A stretch of 64,000 nt of DNA from a virus, in IMG/VR virus record IMGVR_UViG_3300050821_018287, positions 28,258 to 92,257 of that record; one strand, written 5' to 3'. Within the stretch, counting starts at the first letter, position 1. Each line of letters starts with the position of its first letter. The translations under genes and the position numbers were made by a program. Of the stretch, positions 33,586-43,375 are shown piece by piece. The notes beneath the pieces are model-generated. The model saw only the letters and a list, made by a program, of their open reading frames with translations. It was not told the origin of the DNA and did no database searches.

Positions 33586-34216
33586 CGAACAAGTCCAGCA
33601 GCTTGAGGACGGCCTCGGTATGGCTCTGGACCCCATGGGCTTCCATCACCGCTTTCAGCCGCGCCAACGCCACGTCATAGGCCGCACCCTCGAAGTAGAG
33701 GACGACTTGCTTGATGTTGGCGGAGAGAAAACCCGGGAGAAGCTCCGCCGGAGTCGCCCCCACCTCCGTCTTCGGAGGCTCCACCGAGCGGAGGAGCGCG
33801 TCCACATCCGTCGGCTCGTAGCCAGTGCCAGCGAGGAGATCCCCCGTGTTGAGCCGGCCCAGCATCTCCGCCAGCGCCTTCTCGTCCCACCCGCCGACCT
33901 CGGTGAGCCGGTTGGAGGCGATGACATACGCTTCGGCCTCGGTGTCGTCCTTCGAAGCCCACCCGGTCAGGACTGGAACGAACCACCGGCCGTCCCTCAC
34001 CTCCACCCCCGCTGGCACCTCACCCCGCTTCTTCAGCTCCAGAAGCGCCTCCCGCCGGCCGTGCCCCGCCACCATCCGCCCCGTCCGCTGGTCCACCACG
34101 ATCGGCTCGGTAAAGCCGAAGCGGCGAATGGAAGCCTGGATGTCGGCCTGTGCGTGAGTCTTCGGGTTGCGCTCGGCCGTCTTGAGCGAATCCAAGTCTG
34201 TCGCGACGATCTTCAT
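33557..34216 (-). CDS. ParB/Srx-domain protein
   Basis: RNPKTH...SIRRFGFTEPIVVD...MVAGHGR...ASNRLTE..GWD. Confidence 0.85.
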   Translation of the reverse strand: MKIVATDLDSLKTAERNPKTHAQADIQASIRRFGFTEPIVVDQRTGRMVAGHGRREALLELKKRGEVPAGVEVRDGRWFVPVLTGWASKDDTEAEAYVIASNRLTEVGGWDEKALAEMLGRLNTGDLLAGTGYEPTDVDALLRSVEPPKTEVGATPAELLPGFLSANIKQVVLYFEGAAYDVALARLKAVMEAHGVQSHTEAVLKLLDLFDATRTTPAN

Positions 34217-35931
34217 GCTGCCCCCTGAAGTTGTCCGCCTTCAATCCTCCACTTCACAGTGGGCCCGAGCTGGAGGCGGCCGGCAATGTAGTCGGAGTGG
34301 GTGATGACTACCACCGCCCGCTCCTTTGCGAGGTCCACCAGGACCGCCGCCAGAGCGTCCTGCCCGTCCACGTAGAGCGAGTCAAACACCTCGTCGAAGA
34401 AGAGGGTGCCAGCGCCCAGGCCACCGGAGAGTGCGCCGAGAGCGAAGAGGAGCGCCACATCAATCCGCCGCCGCTCCCCCGCTGACGCGCCACGGTAGCC
34501 CTCCCCGCCGCCAGCACCCTCCACCTCCAAACTGATTGCATCCGTCACCCCACCCGTCTTCTTCTCGGTGTAGGACTTGAGGCGGACCGAGAGCGCCGGG
34601 ACGGGGCCCGCCGCCGTGACGCGCGGGGCACCGGAGATCCGCGCGAGCCAGCCGTTGGCCGCCGCCTCGACTGCGCCGAGCGCCCTCCCGAGGATGTGTG
34701 CGCGCACCCCCTTCGTCCCCAAGACAACCTCCACCGCCCCCAACTCCTGCAACGTCTTCTCCAGAGTACCCGCCTCGGTGTCCGCGTCAGCAAATTGCTG
34801 CTTTGTCTTTTTCAGATCCGCTTCGGCCTGGGCCAGAGCCCGGTACGCGCGGTCCAGCTCACCCTTCCGGCGAGCGTGCGCAGCCACCCCCGCCTCCGCG
34901 GAACGAATCCGCTCACGCAACTTCGCATGGCGCTCGTTGAGCGCGGCGAGAATCCCGTCCAGCTCCTTGAGCTGTTCGTCGATCTCCAGGACAGCCTCGA
35001 CGCTCTTGGCCTGGGTCGCCTCAGCCTCCTTCTTCAGCTTCCCGATCGCCTGGACCAGATTCCCCCTGAGTTTCGCGGGAATCTCCTGCCCGCAGGCGGA
35101 ACACGTGCCTGTGTCCCCAAGCTTCTGGAGCTGACGCTTGAGCGCGTCCATGTTGGCCTGAACGCCGCCGTCCGAGCTGCGCAGGTTCATCGCCTTCGAG
35201 TACTCCGCGCGCCGGCTCGCCTCCGTTTTGTCGATGGCCTTCTTCACCTCCGTCGCCTGCGTCTGAAGCGCGAGAGGAGATTCCGTCTCCTCATCCCCGA
35301 AACTAAGCGGCGGAACCGAGGCCCCGGTGACCGTCTCCGTGCACTGAAGCACCGACCGCGCCGCACCCTTCACCCGCTCGTCGAGGATTGCGGCCTGACG
35401 CCGGCACTCGTCCCACTGTCGCGTCGCCGCCTTCAGATCTGTCCTACACTTCTCCAAGGCCACATCGAAGCGCCCGAGCTGGAGGAGCCCCTCCAGAAAA
35501 CGCTTCCGCTCCGAGTCGGTGGCCTCAGTGAAGCGTGCCGCATCCGACGAGCTGAACACGTGCCTCCAGCGCCAAGTCTCGAAGGAGCCGATCCGCTCCT
35601 CCAGGGCTTCCTGCGCCTTGGAGTTGGTTTCGTACTCCGCCGAGGGCCCGTCATTCGTCGACCAGTCCAGCGCGGATCTCCCGCCCGCAGTCCTCGTCCG
35701 CGTCACCCCCAACCCCTCCGCGAGGAGCCGGAGCATTCCCGCCTTCTCCTTCACCCACGGGCTCGTCCCGCGGAGCGTCTCGCCGAAACCTCCGTAGGCC
35801 ACTCCCTCGATAACGCTGGACTTCCCTCCGCCGTTGGGTCCAGTGACGAGGACGATGCCGCGCTCCGGGAAAACAAATTCGGAGTGCTCGTGGACGGTGA
35901 AGTTGTTGAGGACGAGACGTTGGACATTCAT
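34213..35931 (-). CDS. sbcC: SbcC/Rad50-like ATPase
   Basis: GPNGGGKS (Walker A), CSAC zinc hook within a coiled coil, SAGE signature, FFDE (Walker B), ITH. Confidence 0.85.
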   Translation of the reverse strand: MNVQRLVLNNFTVHEHSEFVFPERGIVLVTGPNGGGKSSVIEGVAYGGFGETLRGTSPWVKEKAGMLRLLAEGLGVTRTRTAGGRSALDWSTNDGPSAEYETNSKAQEALEERIGSFETWRWRHVFSSSDAARFTEATDSERKRFLEGLLQLGRFDVALEKCRTDLKAATRQWDECRRQAAILDERVKGAARSVLQCTETVTGASVPPLSFGDEETESPLALQTQATEVKKAIDKTEASRRAEYSKAMNLRSSDGGVQANMDALKRQLQKLGDTGTCSACGQEIPAKLRGNLVQAIGKLKKEAEATQAKSVEAVLEIDEQLKELDGILAALNERHAKLRERIRSAEAGVAAHARRKGELDRAYRALAQAEADLKKTKQQFADADTEAGTLEKTLQELGAVEVVLGTKGVRAHILGRALGAVEAAANGWLARISGAPRVTAAGPVPALSVRLKSYTEKKTGGVTDAISLEVEGAGGGEGYRGASAGERRRIDVALLFALGALSGGLGAGTLFFDEVFDSLYVDGQDALAAVLVDLAKERAVVVITHSDYIAGRLQLGPTVKWRIEGGQLQGAA

Positions 35932-35948
35932 CGCTTCAGTTCCATTCG

Positions 35949-36920
35949 CTACTCCTTCGACTTGTCTGAGGTGGGGGAGGGCTTACGTGGATCGCGGTAC
36001 TCGGCCCAGGAGCAAGCGCGGTACAGGCCGGTTATCGCCCAGCGCTGAAAGGCCTTGAGGTCGCCACGCGACTGGTCGAACGCCATCGGGTAGGGCTCGC
36101 ATCCGAGCGCGACCATTTCGTTGAAGCGGTAGAGGATTTGCTCCCAGGTCTCGCCTTTGGCGAAGCCGATCAGCATGTAGACGCGGAGGTGTTTCGGCGG
36201 GACGCCAGCGGCCTTGAGGTCGGCTACGCCCCGCTTGAAGGCCCTCTCGTCGCCAAGGTTGTCCCAGGCCGTATAGAGCACGCGGCGGCGGAATTCGTTG
36301 TCGCGGTACTCGACTGAGGCGATCGCCGCGGCCGACTCCTCGTTCACGACGCGGATGTTGATGCCCTGGCTGAAGCAGACGTGAAAGCCGCCGGCCCGGA
36401 TCTCCGCAACGCGCGCGCGCCAAGCTTCCGGCTCCTGCCCAAAGAAGTCGTTATCGAGCAGCAGCAGATTTCGCGGCCATGGTTCGCCACGCCACAAGTC
36501 CGCAATCGACCGGACAGATCTAGCCGGGCCCTCTTTCTTCGGCACGACGCAAAATGAGCACTTGAGACGACAACCGCGCTGCGTAAAGCCGATGCTCCTG
36601 CGCTCGTCTGGGTAGAGCGAATAGTCGGGGGCAAGCGCTTCCCAGTCGACTGACGAGTCAACTTCCGAGAGCGCGGACTCGACGCGGACGCCAGTACCGC
36701 CCCAGCGGATGTCTCCCCACTCGGCCTCAATGCGAGCCCGAAGCTTGGCCGAGAAACCGAAGATGCTTGAGCCGTACACTTCCCCCGGCGGGTCCCAGAG
36801 CTGCCGCTGCCCGGCCCCACGCACCAATCGGACAGATTCACCGCGTCCACGGAAGTACGCGCCCAGCTTCATCAGGGCCAGGTTCGGCAGCGCGCCATCC
36901 GCGTGGACGAGATATTTCAT
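35949..36920 (-). CDS. radical SAM protein (phage PNLALMK-type)
   Basis: LPNLALMKL N-terminus; RGCRLKCSFC is a CX3CX2C motif; LLDNDF. Confidence 0.85.
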   Translation of the reverse strand: MKYLVHADGALPNLALMKLGAYFRGRGESVRLVRGAGQRQLWDPPGEVYGSSIFGFSAKLRARIEAEWGDIRWGGTGVRVESALSEVDSSVDWEALAPDYSLYPDERRSIGFTQRGCRLKCSFCVVPKKEGPARSVRSIADLWRGEPWPRNLLLLDNDFFGQEPEAWRARVAEIRAGGFHVCFSQGINIRVVNEESAAAIASVEYRDNEFRRRVLYTAWDNLGDERAFKRGVADLKAAGVPPKHLRVYMLIGFAKGETWEQILYRFNEMVALGCEPYPMAFDQSRGDLKAFQRWAITGLYRACSWAEYRDPRKPSPTSDKSKE

Positions 36921-37585
36921 CCCTCCGGATCCCCGTTGACGTTCTTGATGGGGGGCGCGCCGGGGAAACCCTCCCGCTGCACCCAAGTGATGAGAATACC
37001 GCGCCCGAAGAGAGCGCCGAGGAAGTAGGGGATCGCCTCCCACTTCGCCACGTACCAAAGACTGAGGGGCTTCCCTGTCCACGTCCCAATGTTTCGAAAG
37101 GCGACGAGACGCTCCGCCTGGCTCAAGGACTTCTTGATGATCTCCTTCAGCGGAAACGGGCTCCGGATAGCCAGGACAGGCCGCTCCATCCCAGTCACGA
37201 CAGCCCAAAAGGCGACCGCGCCGTTGGTGGTCCGAGGCTGGTTCTGCGGGATGGAATCAGCGGTGTCCCCACCACCGAGGCGCAACGCCGCGTCGTAGGA
37301 GCGGTTGCGCGCCGTCTCCATCCTCAGCATCGCAAAGCAGTCCCGGTAGAGCCGCCGCCCTTCCATCGGGGAGATCTCGTGGTCCGACTCGACGACGAAA
37401 CGGGCGACGTGGGTGAGTCGAATGCCGCGGTTCTCCGTGCTGTCCCGCCGGACGACGAAGGGGTAGTTGGTGCCGGCGAACGCCTGAACCCCGCGCCAAC
37501 GCTGCGCGTCCAGGGGCACCCGATAGAGCGGGGTATCCTCCTCCCAGGCCCCAATCTCAGGGTTGTCTTTGTCGGCTTCCCTCAT
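36917..37585 (-). CDS. hypothetical protein
   Basis: 222-aa ORF coupled at both ends. Confidence 0.6.
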   Translation of the reverse strand: MREADKDNPEIGAWEEDTPLYRVPLDAQRWRGVQAFAGTNYPFVVRRDSTENRGIRLTHVARFVVESDHEISPMEGRRLYRDCFAMLRMETARNRSYDAALRLGGGDTADSIPQNQPRTTNGAVAFWAVVTGMERPVLAIRSPFPLKEIIKKSLSQAERLVAFRNIGTWTGKPLSLWYVAKWEAIPYFLGALFGRGILITWVQREGFPGAPPIKNVNGDPEG

Positions 37586-37791
37586 TCCCCCAGAGCCTTG
37601 TTCGCCAACAACTCAATCTCCTCCAGCGCCCCGGTCGCCCCCTGAAAACCGCCCTCCCGGCAGCTTCGGGCCTGCTTTCGGATGAGACGAAGGAACATCC
37701 GAATCCGCTCTCGCTGGTGGAGGAAGTGTTCGGCTTGGACCTCGGTGCTGACCCGGACGATGCGCGCCCGAAGCAACTCCTCATCTGACAA
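37582..37791 (-). CDS. small hypothetical protein
   Basis: TTG 37791; LSDEELL...LLANKALGE. Confidence 0.45.
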   Translation of the reverse strand: MSDEELLRARIVRVSTEVQAEHFLHQRERIRMFLRLIRKQARSCREGGFQGATGALEEIELLANKALGE

Positions 37792-38452
37792 GGCACGCCT
37801 CGGACTCCGTGGAGGAACGGAACGCCGACAGCACCGCCCGGTGGACCTCCTCGTTGGGCGCCCGCGCATCCACCACCACCCACCGCCCCGGATGCTCATG
37901 AGCCATCCGCTTCCACAACGCCGCGTAGCGGCAAATGACATCGTCGAGGTAGCTCTTGTGCTCCTCGTACCTATCTCGCGGAGCCTTCCACCGCTCCAAG
38001 CGTTGCTGAATGGTGGCGGAGTCCGAATCGAGGAGGAGGAAGAGATCCGGTTGGGGAAGCCATCGGTGAAGGTCCACCAAGTAATCCGGGTCCAACCCGT
38101 CGTTGCCGCCGTAGACAACTCCCGAGGGCCAGTAGCGGTCCAGGATGACATTCCCGCCGCTCGCCGCTTCGAGGATCTCCGGCGCCAGCTCCATCCGGTT
38201 GGCGGACTGGAGCGACTGGAAAGTCATTGCGTCGAGGAGCCGCGCCTCATCCACTGTCCCGCTCCAGGGGCGCGGATCCCCGTAGATGGTGCGCCACTCC
38301 CGCTTCAGGTGCTTGTCGATCAGCTTCCCCATCGGCGTCGTCCGGTCCGGAAACTTGAACGTGCGCCCGCCGATCTCCTGCCCCAAGAGCCACGCCTGGG
38401 TCGTCTTCCCCACCCCGTCCACACCCTCGATTGCGATGATACTCATGCTCAA
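37781..38452 (-). CDS. tmk: thymidylate kinase
   Basis: IEGVDGVGKTTQ, FPDRTT, ANR.E, ILDRY..SG.VY, PQPDL. Confidence 0.9.
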   Translation of the reverse strand: MSMSIIAIEGVDGVGKTTQAWLLGQEIGGRTFKFPDRTTPMGKLIDKHLKREWRTIYGDPRPWSGTVDEARLLDAMTFQSLQSANRMELAPEILEAASGGNVILDRYWPSGVVYGGNDGLDPDYLVDLHRWLPQPDLFLLLDSDSATIQQRLERWKAPRDRYEEHKSYLDDVICRYAALWKRMAHEHPGRWVVVDARAPNEEVHRAVLSAFRSSTESEACLVR

Positions 38453-38736
38453 CCCCCAGTAGGTACGACTCCGTTCGGCTTCACGGGTGAGGTGCGCACC
38501 TGCTTCCGCATCTCCTCTTCGAGTCTGTCGATCCGCTTCCGCTCCCCGGCGAGGGCGTTGGTGAACTCCCGGGCGAGGGTGGCGATAGATCCCTCGATCG
38601 CCTTGAAGCGCTCCTCCGACGGAGGAGGCGCACCCTTCGGCGGTTCACCCCCGGCGTGGTGGGTGTGTTCGAAGTCGATGGTGCAGGGTCGGAGACCCTG
38701 AGGGGTTTGGAGCAGCCATCCGCATTTGTCGGGCAT
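38449..38736 (-). CDS. hypothetical protein
   Basis: ORF track. Confidence 0.5.
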   Translation of the reverse strand: MPDKCGWLLQTPQGLRPCTIDFEHTHHAGGEPPKGAPPPSEERFKAIEGSIATLAREFTNALAGERKRIDRLEEEMRKQVRTSPVKPNGVVPTGG

Positions 38737-38748
38737 TCCGTTTTCCTA

Positions 38749-39078
38749 TCACGCCATCCGGCGCGCTCGCCAAACCGCAATCGGTGCAGCATGCCGTGAC
38801 TTCTGCGTCGTGGGGGTGTAGGCGCCGGTCTTCTCTATGAGACCCAACTTGGCCATCATCGACATCACCGCCCCGAGCGCCCGCGGCTCCGGAGGCCGCT
38901 CCAACCCCACGGCCCAAACGTCGTCCGAAGTGAAGTTGCCCGTGTCCCGTGCCACCTGCGACACGGCGCGGATCGCCTTCTCAATCCACCCCGGTGGAGA
39001 TCCCAACGCAACCTTCTTCAGCGCCTTCTCCTTCAAGGCTTTCCCCGCCGCACCGTCGAAGAGAGTGAGCTGGCTCAA
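38749..39078 (-). CDS. hypothetical winged-helix-like protein
   Basis: TTG 39078; QLTLF, FTSDDVW, RALGAVM...GLIEKTG. Confidence 0.6.
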   Translation of the reverse strand: MSQLTLFDGAAGKALKEKALKKVALGSPPGWIEKAIRAVSQVARDTGNFTSDDVWAVGLERPPEPRALGAVMSMMAKLGLIEKTGAYTPTTQKSRHAAPIAVWRARRMA

Positions 39079-39482
39079 AAGTACCTCCCGCACTTGTCGC
39101 AACGTTGCGCCGGCAACACCGGCTCGCGTTTGAAACCGGCGAGTAAAAGCGCCACCCGCGCCGCGGTCAGCTCGTCGTTCATAACTTTGTTCTGAAGCTT
39201 GTAGAAGTTGGCGACCCGCTGCGCCTCCAAAAGCTCGTGCACCCATCGGTAGAACGGCGCGCTTTTCCACTTCGCGACGAGCGCGGCGAAGATGGGCTCC
39301 ACGCGGTCCGGAGGCACCGCAAAGACCTTCGACTCCCCGGTTACCGGATCCCGCTTGTAGAACACGAAGGCATCCGCCAGGCACTCCGGCGCAATCTCCG
39401 CGTTCCGCACCGCGTCCACCATCGCCGTAACGGTGGCCTTCAGGTACTCGTTCGCCGCGCGGAGACGCTTCAGCTCAGTCAC
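39075..39482 (-). CDS. hypothetical protein with a portal-like internal motif and C-terminal CxxC
   Basis: GGAGGAG then GTG 39482; DAFVFYKRDPVTGESKVFAVPPDRVEP; CDKCG. Confidence 0.55.
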   Translation of the reverse strand: MTELKRLRAANEYLKATVTAMVDAVRNAEIAPECLADAFVFYKRDPVTGESKVFAVPPDRVEPIFAALVAKWKSAPFYRWVHELLEAQRVANFYKLQNKVMNDELTAARVALLLAGFKREPVLPAQRCDKCGRYF

Positions 39483-39676
39483 GTCTCCTCCCGAAACTGC
39501 CGCCGAAGTCGCCGAAGAATGTTGTAGACCGCCCCTGCCAAGGTCCCCGCCCTGCGAAACGATGTGATGAGATGAACTTTCTTCTGCCGGGCGGTGTCGG
39601 TGAGAAAATCGTCCACAACGTACACCATCGCGCTCCACGCACGGTCTTCACCTGAAATCTCGATTTGAAGCCTCAC
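39479..39676 (-). CDS. small hypothetical protein
   Basis: Coupled ORF in the track. Confidence 0.5.
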   Translation of the reverse strand: MRLQIEISGEDRAWSAMVYVVDDFLTDTARQKKVHLITSFRRAGTLAGAVYNILRRLRRQFREET

Positions 39677-40785
39677 GATCCCCCCAGGTACCCCTTCGCG
39701 CGGGAGAGGACCGCCGCGCGGTCGACACCCTCCGGGAGAGGCATCGCCTTCACGAATCCGTCGAGACTCTCCGCGAGCGTCTCCGCAGAGCGAGCGACGG
39801 TGGCCGCGGTCCGCGTCGCAACGTTCAGCTCGGCCGCATCGGGAAGCACCTCACCGTCGAGAATGATCCCCCCGTCCTTAGCGCTCTCCACCCACTTCTT
39901 CGCCGCGTCCAGGTGCTCCTGCTTCATCGTAATCTCCACGAAGAAGCTGTTGCCGGGCTTTCGCGTCAGGTCCGCCGCCTCGCTCACCGTCGAGCACTTC
40001 AGGAAGCGCGGGCCGGGAATCTCCTTCCAGCTCAGCCGCTTCAGCTCCGAGTCGTAGAAGGCGAGCCCTCCGACGTCTTCAAGACCGGGGTTGTCGAAGC
40101 CGGTGGGACAGAGCGTCCCGCACTGGACGATGTACGGAACACCGCCAAGCTGGGGGTGAGCCGTAGGCGCGAAGAACACCTCGCGCGTATGCCAGTTGCC
40201 CGCGAAGGCGGCTTCAATCCCGTGCTTCCGACAGACCTCCAAGACGAGCGAGGCGGGCACCGAGTCGTGCGAGTCCTTCAGCCACGGTGGGGTGTCCTCG
40301 TCGGAGATCCCGAGGTGGAAGCAGAGCACCCTCACCTTCTTCACCGAGGCCGCGGCCAGCGCGTCCACCGCCTTCGGGAACCAATCCGCTGCGCGCCCCG
40401 GGCGGAAGGGAACGAACCAGACCTCTCCCTCACCCACCGGAGCGATCGTCGGTTGCTCGATGACGTTGGAGATGGGCTTGAGCGGGCCGAGCGCGTTGTC
40501 CCCCGGCAGCTCCGAGTCGGTGTCGTGGTTTCCCCGGAGCGTGGTGCTGGAGCGCACGCCCATGAGCGCTTCCTGGACGGCGGTGATGAGCTGGGGCTCG
40601 GGGCGAGAGGTGTCGAAGAGATCCCCCAAGACGATGAACTCCGCGTTGGCCTTGTCCGCTTCCGCCTTCGCCCGCTTCAGGACGTCCACCGTCATCCGGG
40701 CCCGGCGGTTGAGCCCGGCTTCGATCGGCCCACCCATCCGCCGGTGGTTCCCCGTGTGCGGGTCTGCGCAGAGGGCGAGCTTCAC
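39673..40785 (-). CDS. sbcD: SbcD/Mre11-like metallophosphoesterase nuclease
   Basis: ADPH, LGDLFD, GNHD, FH, GNWH motifs. Confidence 0.85.
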   Translation of the reverse strand: MKLALCADPHTGNHRRMGGPIEAGLNRRARMTVDVLKRAKAEADKANAEFIVLGDLFDTSRPEPQLITAVQEALMGVRSSTTLRGNHDTDSELPGDNALGPLKPISNVIEQPTIAPVGEGEVWFVPFRPGRAADWFPKAVDALAAASVKKVRVLCFHLGISDEDTPPWLKDSHDSVPASLVLEVCRKHGIEAAFAGNWHTREVFFAPTAHPQLGGVPYIVQCGTLCPTGFDNPGLEDVGGLAFYDSELKRLSWKEIPGPRFLKCSTVSEAADLTRKPGNSFFVEITMKQEHLDAAKKWVESAKDGGIILDGEVLPDAAELNVATRTAATVARSAETLAESLDGFVKAMPLPEGVDRAAVLSRAKGYLGGS

Positions 40786-40997
40786 TTCCGCACCCGGGCG
40801 TCGAGCTGAGCACGTAGCTCCTGATTCTCGTCCTCGGCACGCTTGAGCATGCGACCCAGAAAGTGGCGCTTCTGACCCATCTTCTCGACCTGGGTGAGAG
40901 CGTCCGTCCAGTGCTTCCGGGCGAGCGCGTTGGCCTTCCGCAGCGCCTTGTTCTCGGCTTCGAGCGCGTCGATCCGCTCTGCGTCAGTCAGAGGCAC
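40782..40997 (-). CDS. small coiled-coil protein
   Basis: GAGGAG RBS; ORF track. Confidence 0.55.
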   Translation of the reverse strand: MPLTDAERIDALEAENKALRKANALARKHWTDALTQVEKMGQKRHFLGRMLKRAEDENQELRAQLDARVRK

Positions 40998-41006
40998 GGG
41001 CTCCTC

Positions 41007-41987
41007 CTAGAGCGCTTGGACGGAGCGGGTACCGGTCTGGTGGTGGGCCCAAGCCGGCCCAGGCAGGCGCGGCTTCTTCCCCGTCTCCATCTCGATCCGC
41101 TTCGCGAAGAGAGCCTTGATGCGACCGTAGGCCGGGGAGCGATCCCGCTCGGAGAGGTGCCGGCCCAGGAGGTAGTCCAGGTACGGCGAAGACGTTGAGA
41201 GGGACAGGAGGCGCTTCCCGAAGAGATCCTTGTTCAGCCGGGTCGTGTTCGGGCTGAACTGTGAGAGAACCGTTCGCCGGTAGAGCCACATGCAAAGGAC
41301 GAGGTTGAGGTTGGACCAGAGGCGCGCGTACTCCGGATCCCTCCCCCACGCCTTCACAGCAATCTTCAGGAAGTCCACCAGCGCCTCCGCATCGGTCATC
41401 TGCATGTCCCGAGCGCGGATCGCCGCCGGAGTTGTGGAAGCCGCGGGGACGTCCGTCCCGCTTCCGAACCAGCTCCGAAGAAGCGCGGACATCGAGAGGA
41501 TCGGCGAGCGCTCGTTGCGACGGATCTGGTCATACCCCACGAAGGAGCACTCACTGCGGATGTACGTGAGGGTGGGGATGGTTCCCTCCAGGCCACGCAT
41601 GATGTCGTCGGGGCGGAGGCGGACGAGCTGAGAGTTGAGGTTGACAAACTCCTCCCCCATCTCGCTCATGTCGTCGAAGAAGCGCTTGCGGACGTCGGCG
41701 TAGCCGGTGGCGCACTCGCTCAGGTAGAACGCCTCGCGCCGGTGCTGCCCATCCAAGAGGTACTCCTCCCGGCCGATGATGCCGATGGTGATGACGCCGG
41801 GGAGCACCCCACCGTCTTCCTTGATCTGCTGGGCGAGGTTGCGGACCTTCTCGTTGATTCGAAGGGGCCGCTGGAAGGGGGGCGACTTCCACGCCTTCGA
41901 CTTCTCCACCGAGAATTCGATTGTGTCGATGGTGGTGTGGGTGGCCCGCTTCGCTTCGGTGTTGAGGAGGCGGATGTTGGTAGTCAT
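41007..41987 (-). CDS. DGQHR-motif ParB-superfamily protein
   Basis: FQRPL...LLDGQHRREA...FVNLN. Confidence 0.75.
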   Translation of the reverse strand: MTTNIRLLNTEAKRATHTTIDTIEFSVEKSKAWKSPPFQRPLRINEKVRNLAQQIKEDGGVLPGVITIGIIGREEYLLDGQHRREAFYLSECATGYADVRKRFFDDMSEMGEEFVNLNSQLVRLRPDDIMRGLEGTIPTLTYIRSECSFVGYDQIRRNERSPILSMSALLRSWFGSGTDVPAASTTPAAIRARDMQMTDAEALVDFLKIAVKAWGRDPEYARLWSNLNLVLCMWLYRRTVLSQFSPNTTRLNKDLFGKRLLSLSTSSPYLDYLLGRHLSERDRSPAYGRIKALFAKRIEMETGKKPRLPGPAWAHHQTGTRSVQAL

Positions 41988-42071
41988 GGTCGGTCTCCGA
42001 GGACAGCCTTGTTCGAGCGGCGGAAAACCGCCCCCGAGTCGACGAAGACCCGAGGGCGGTCTGACCAGCCC

Positions 42072-42851
42072 CTAGAACGGAGCGTCATCATCCTCGATGT
42101 CGTCCTGCGCGCGGCGTGAAGGCGCGCCGCGGGAAGCTGCGGGGGACGCGCCACCGCCCACCTCCCGCTCCGCCGGAGCCGCCTCCTCCGCCTCATTGCC
42201 TTGAGCCTCAGCGATCATCTTGCGGATCTCGTCGTTGGACGGGATCTTCTCGATGGCCTCCAGGTTGAACATCTGCGACAGCCACTCCATGTTGCCGAGA
42301 GGGGTCGTCTTCCGAGCCGGGATGCACTTGTACTCGGTGTCGTTTTTCGTCTTCCCCGTGCGGTGGATGACGATATCGAAGCCTTCCTCCGGGTGAGAGA
42401 AGTCGCCGCCCACCTCGGGGTTGGCGCGGATCTCCGCCAACTGCTCGTGGATGGTTTGTCCGAAAGCGGCGACCTGGACCCCCTTCTCCGGATCGTTCCG
42501 GTCGATGACGTTCGCGAAGACCCGGCGCCGCGCAAACAGGTTCTTCGCCTTCTCGAAATCCTTCTTGTTGCCGGTCGCCTTCAGCTCGTCCGCCCTCCGG
42601 CAGACCATGCAGGGCTGACTCGCATTCTGCCGGGGGCAAGCGAAACGGACCTGCTTCCCGCCGGGGAAGTCGATGTAGTGCTGCCAGCACGTGTGAAAGG
42701 GGGACTTCTTCCCGGCCGGCGGAGGGAGGATCCGGATGTACGTGTCCCCCTCCTTCAGCTCCAGAAACTTCCGGTTGGCCTTGGCCAGATCCTCCTTCTC
42801 CTTCACCGCCTCTTCCGCGTCGTAGGTTCCGTACTGCACGATGTTCGACAT
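42072..42851 (-). CDS. single-stranded DNA-binding protein (gp32-like)
   Basis: IRILPP...H...CP...CMVC, FANVIDR, GFDIVI.RTG...TEY; acidic tail DDIEDDDAPF. Confidence 0.8.
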   Translation of the reverse strand: MSNIVQYGTYDAEEAVKEKEDLAKANRKFLELKEGDTYIRILPPPAGKKSPFHTCWQHYIDFPGGKQVRFACPRQNASQPCMVCRRADELKATGNKKDFEKAKNLFARRRVFANVIDRNDPEKGVQVAAFGQTIHEQLAEIRANPEVGGDFSHPEEGFDIVIHRTGKTKNDTEYKCIPARKTTPLGNMEWLSQMFNLEAIEKIPSNDEIRKMIAEAQGNEAEEAAPAEREVGGGASPAASRGAPSRRAQDDIEDDDAPF

Positions 42852-42910
42852 TTCGATTTTCCGTTGTCTCGTCTTCGTTGTGGGGCTGTCGTCCGCCGCC
42901 CCTTTCGCGG

Positions 42911-43375
42911 TCAAAAGTTGGCGTCGGTCCGCCGCGCGGCGAGGCGCGAGCGGATGACCGGATCGTTCTCCATCTCCTGTCGAATGGTGGCGCCGAGGGA
43001 AACGAGCATCTCCCGCTTCGTGCGAATGGACTCCAGGACGGTCCGCAGTCGATCCTTCTCCGCCTCCGCTTCGAGCCGCGCGAGGTAGGCGGCCTGGACC
43101 GCTGGGTCTGCCTCCACCGTCGCGTCCACCGCCGCCTCGGTCGCCTTCTGTCCCTCGCCAACCATCTTCGCTCGCAGCACCAGCCACTGCTTCGCGCGCA
43201 CCGTCTTCTCCTCGCGCTCGGCGAGAAGGAAGGCGCGCGAGGCCCGCGAGTAGCGCTCGCCCCAGTAGGCGAAGTCCCCGGGGAGCCGGGTGAACTCCGC
43301 CTCCATCTGGAGTGGCTCGATGTACACGCACTCTTTGAGGTAGTCGTCCACCTCGATGTCGTGAAGGGTAGCCAT
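42911..43375 (-). CDS. UvsY-like recombination mediator
   Basis: Coiled coil with KATEAAVDATV..DP and KREMLVSLGA..R.EM; next to the SSB gene. Confidence 0.55.
   Translation of the reverse strand: MATLHDIEVDDYLKECVYIEPLQMEAEFTRLPGDFAYWGERYSRASRAFLLAEREEKTVRAKQWLVLRAKMVGEGQKATEAAVDATVEADPAVQAAYLARLEAEAEKDRLRTVLESIRTKREMLVSLGATIRQEMENDPVIRSRLAARRTDANF

Noticed and set aside
36917-37585. Possible thymidylate synthase/hydroxymethylase next to the dTMP kinase gene
   Set aside because: No PC catalytic motif and no RSxD motif; left as hypothetical.
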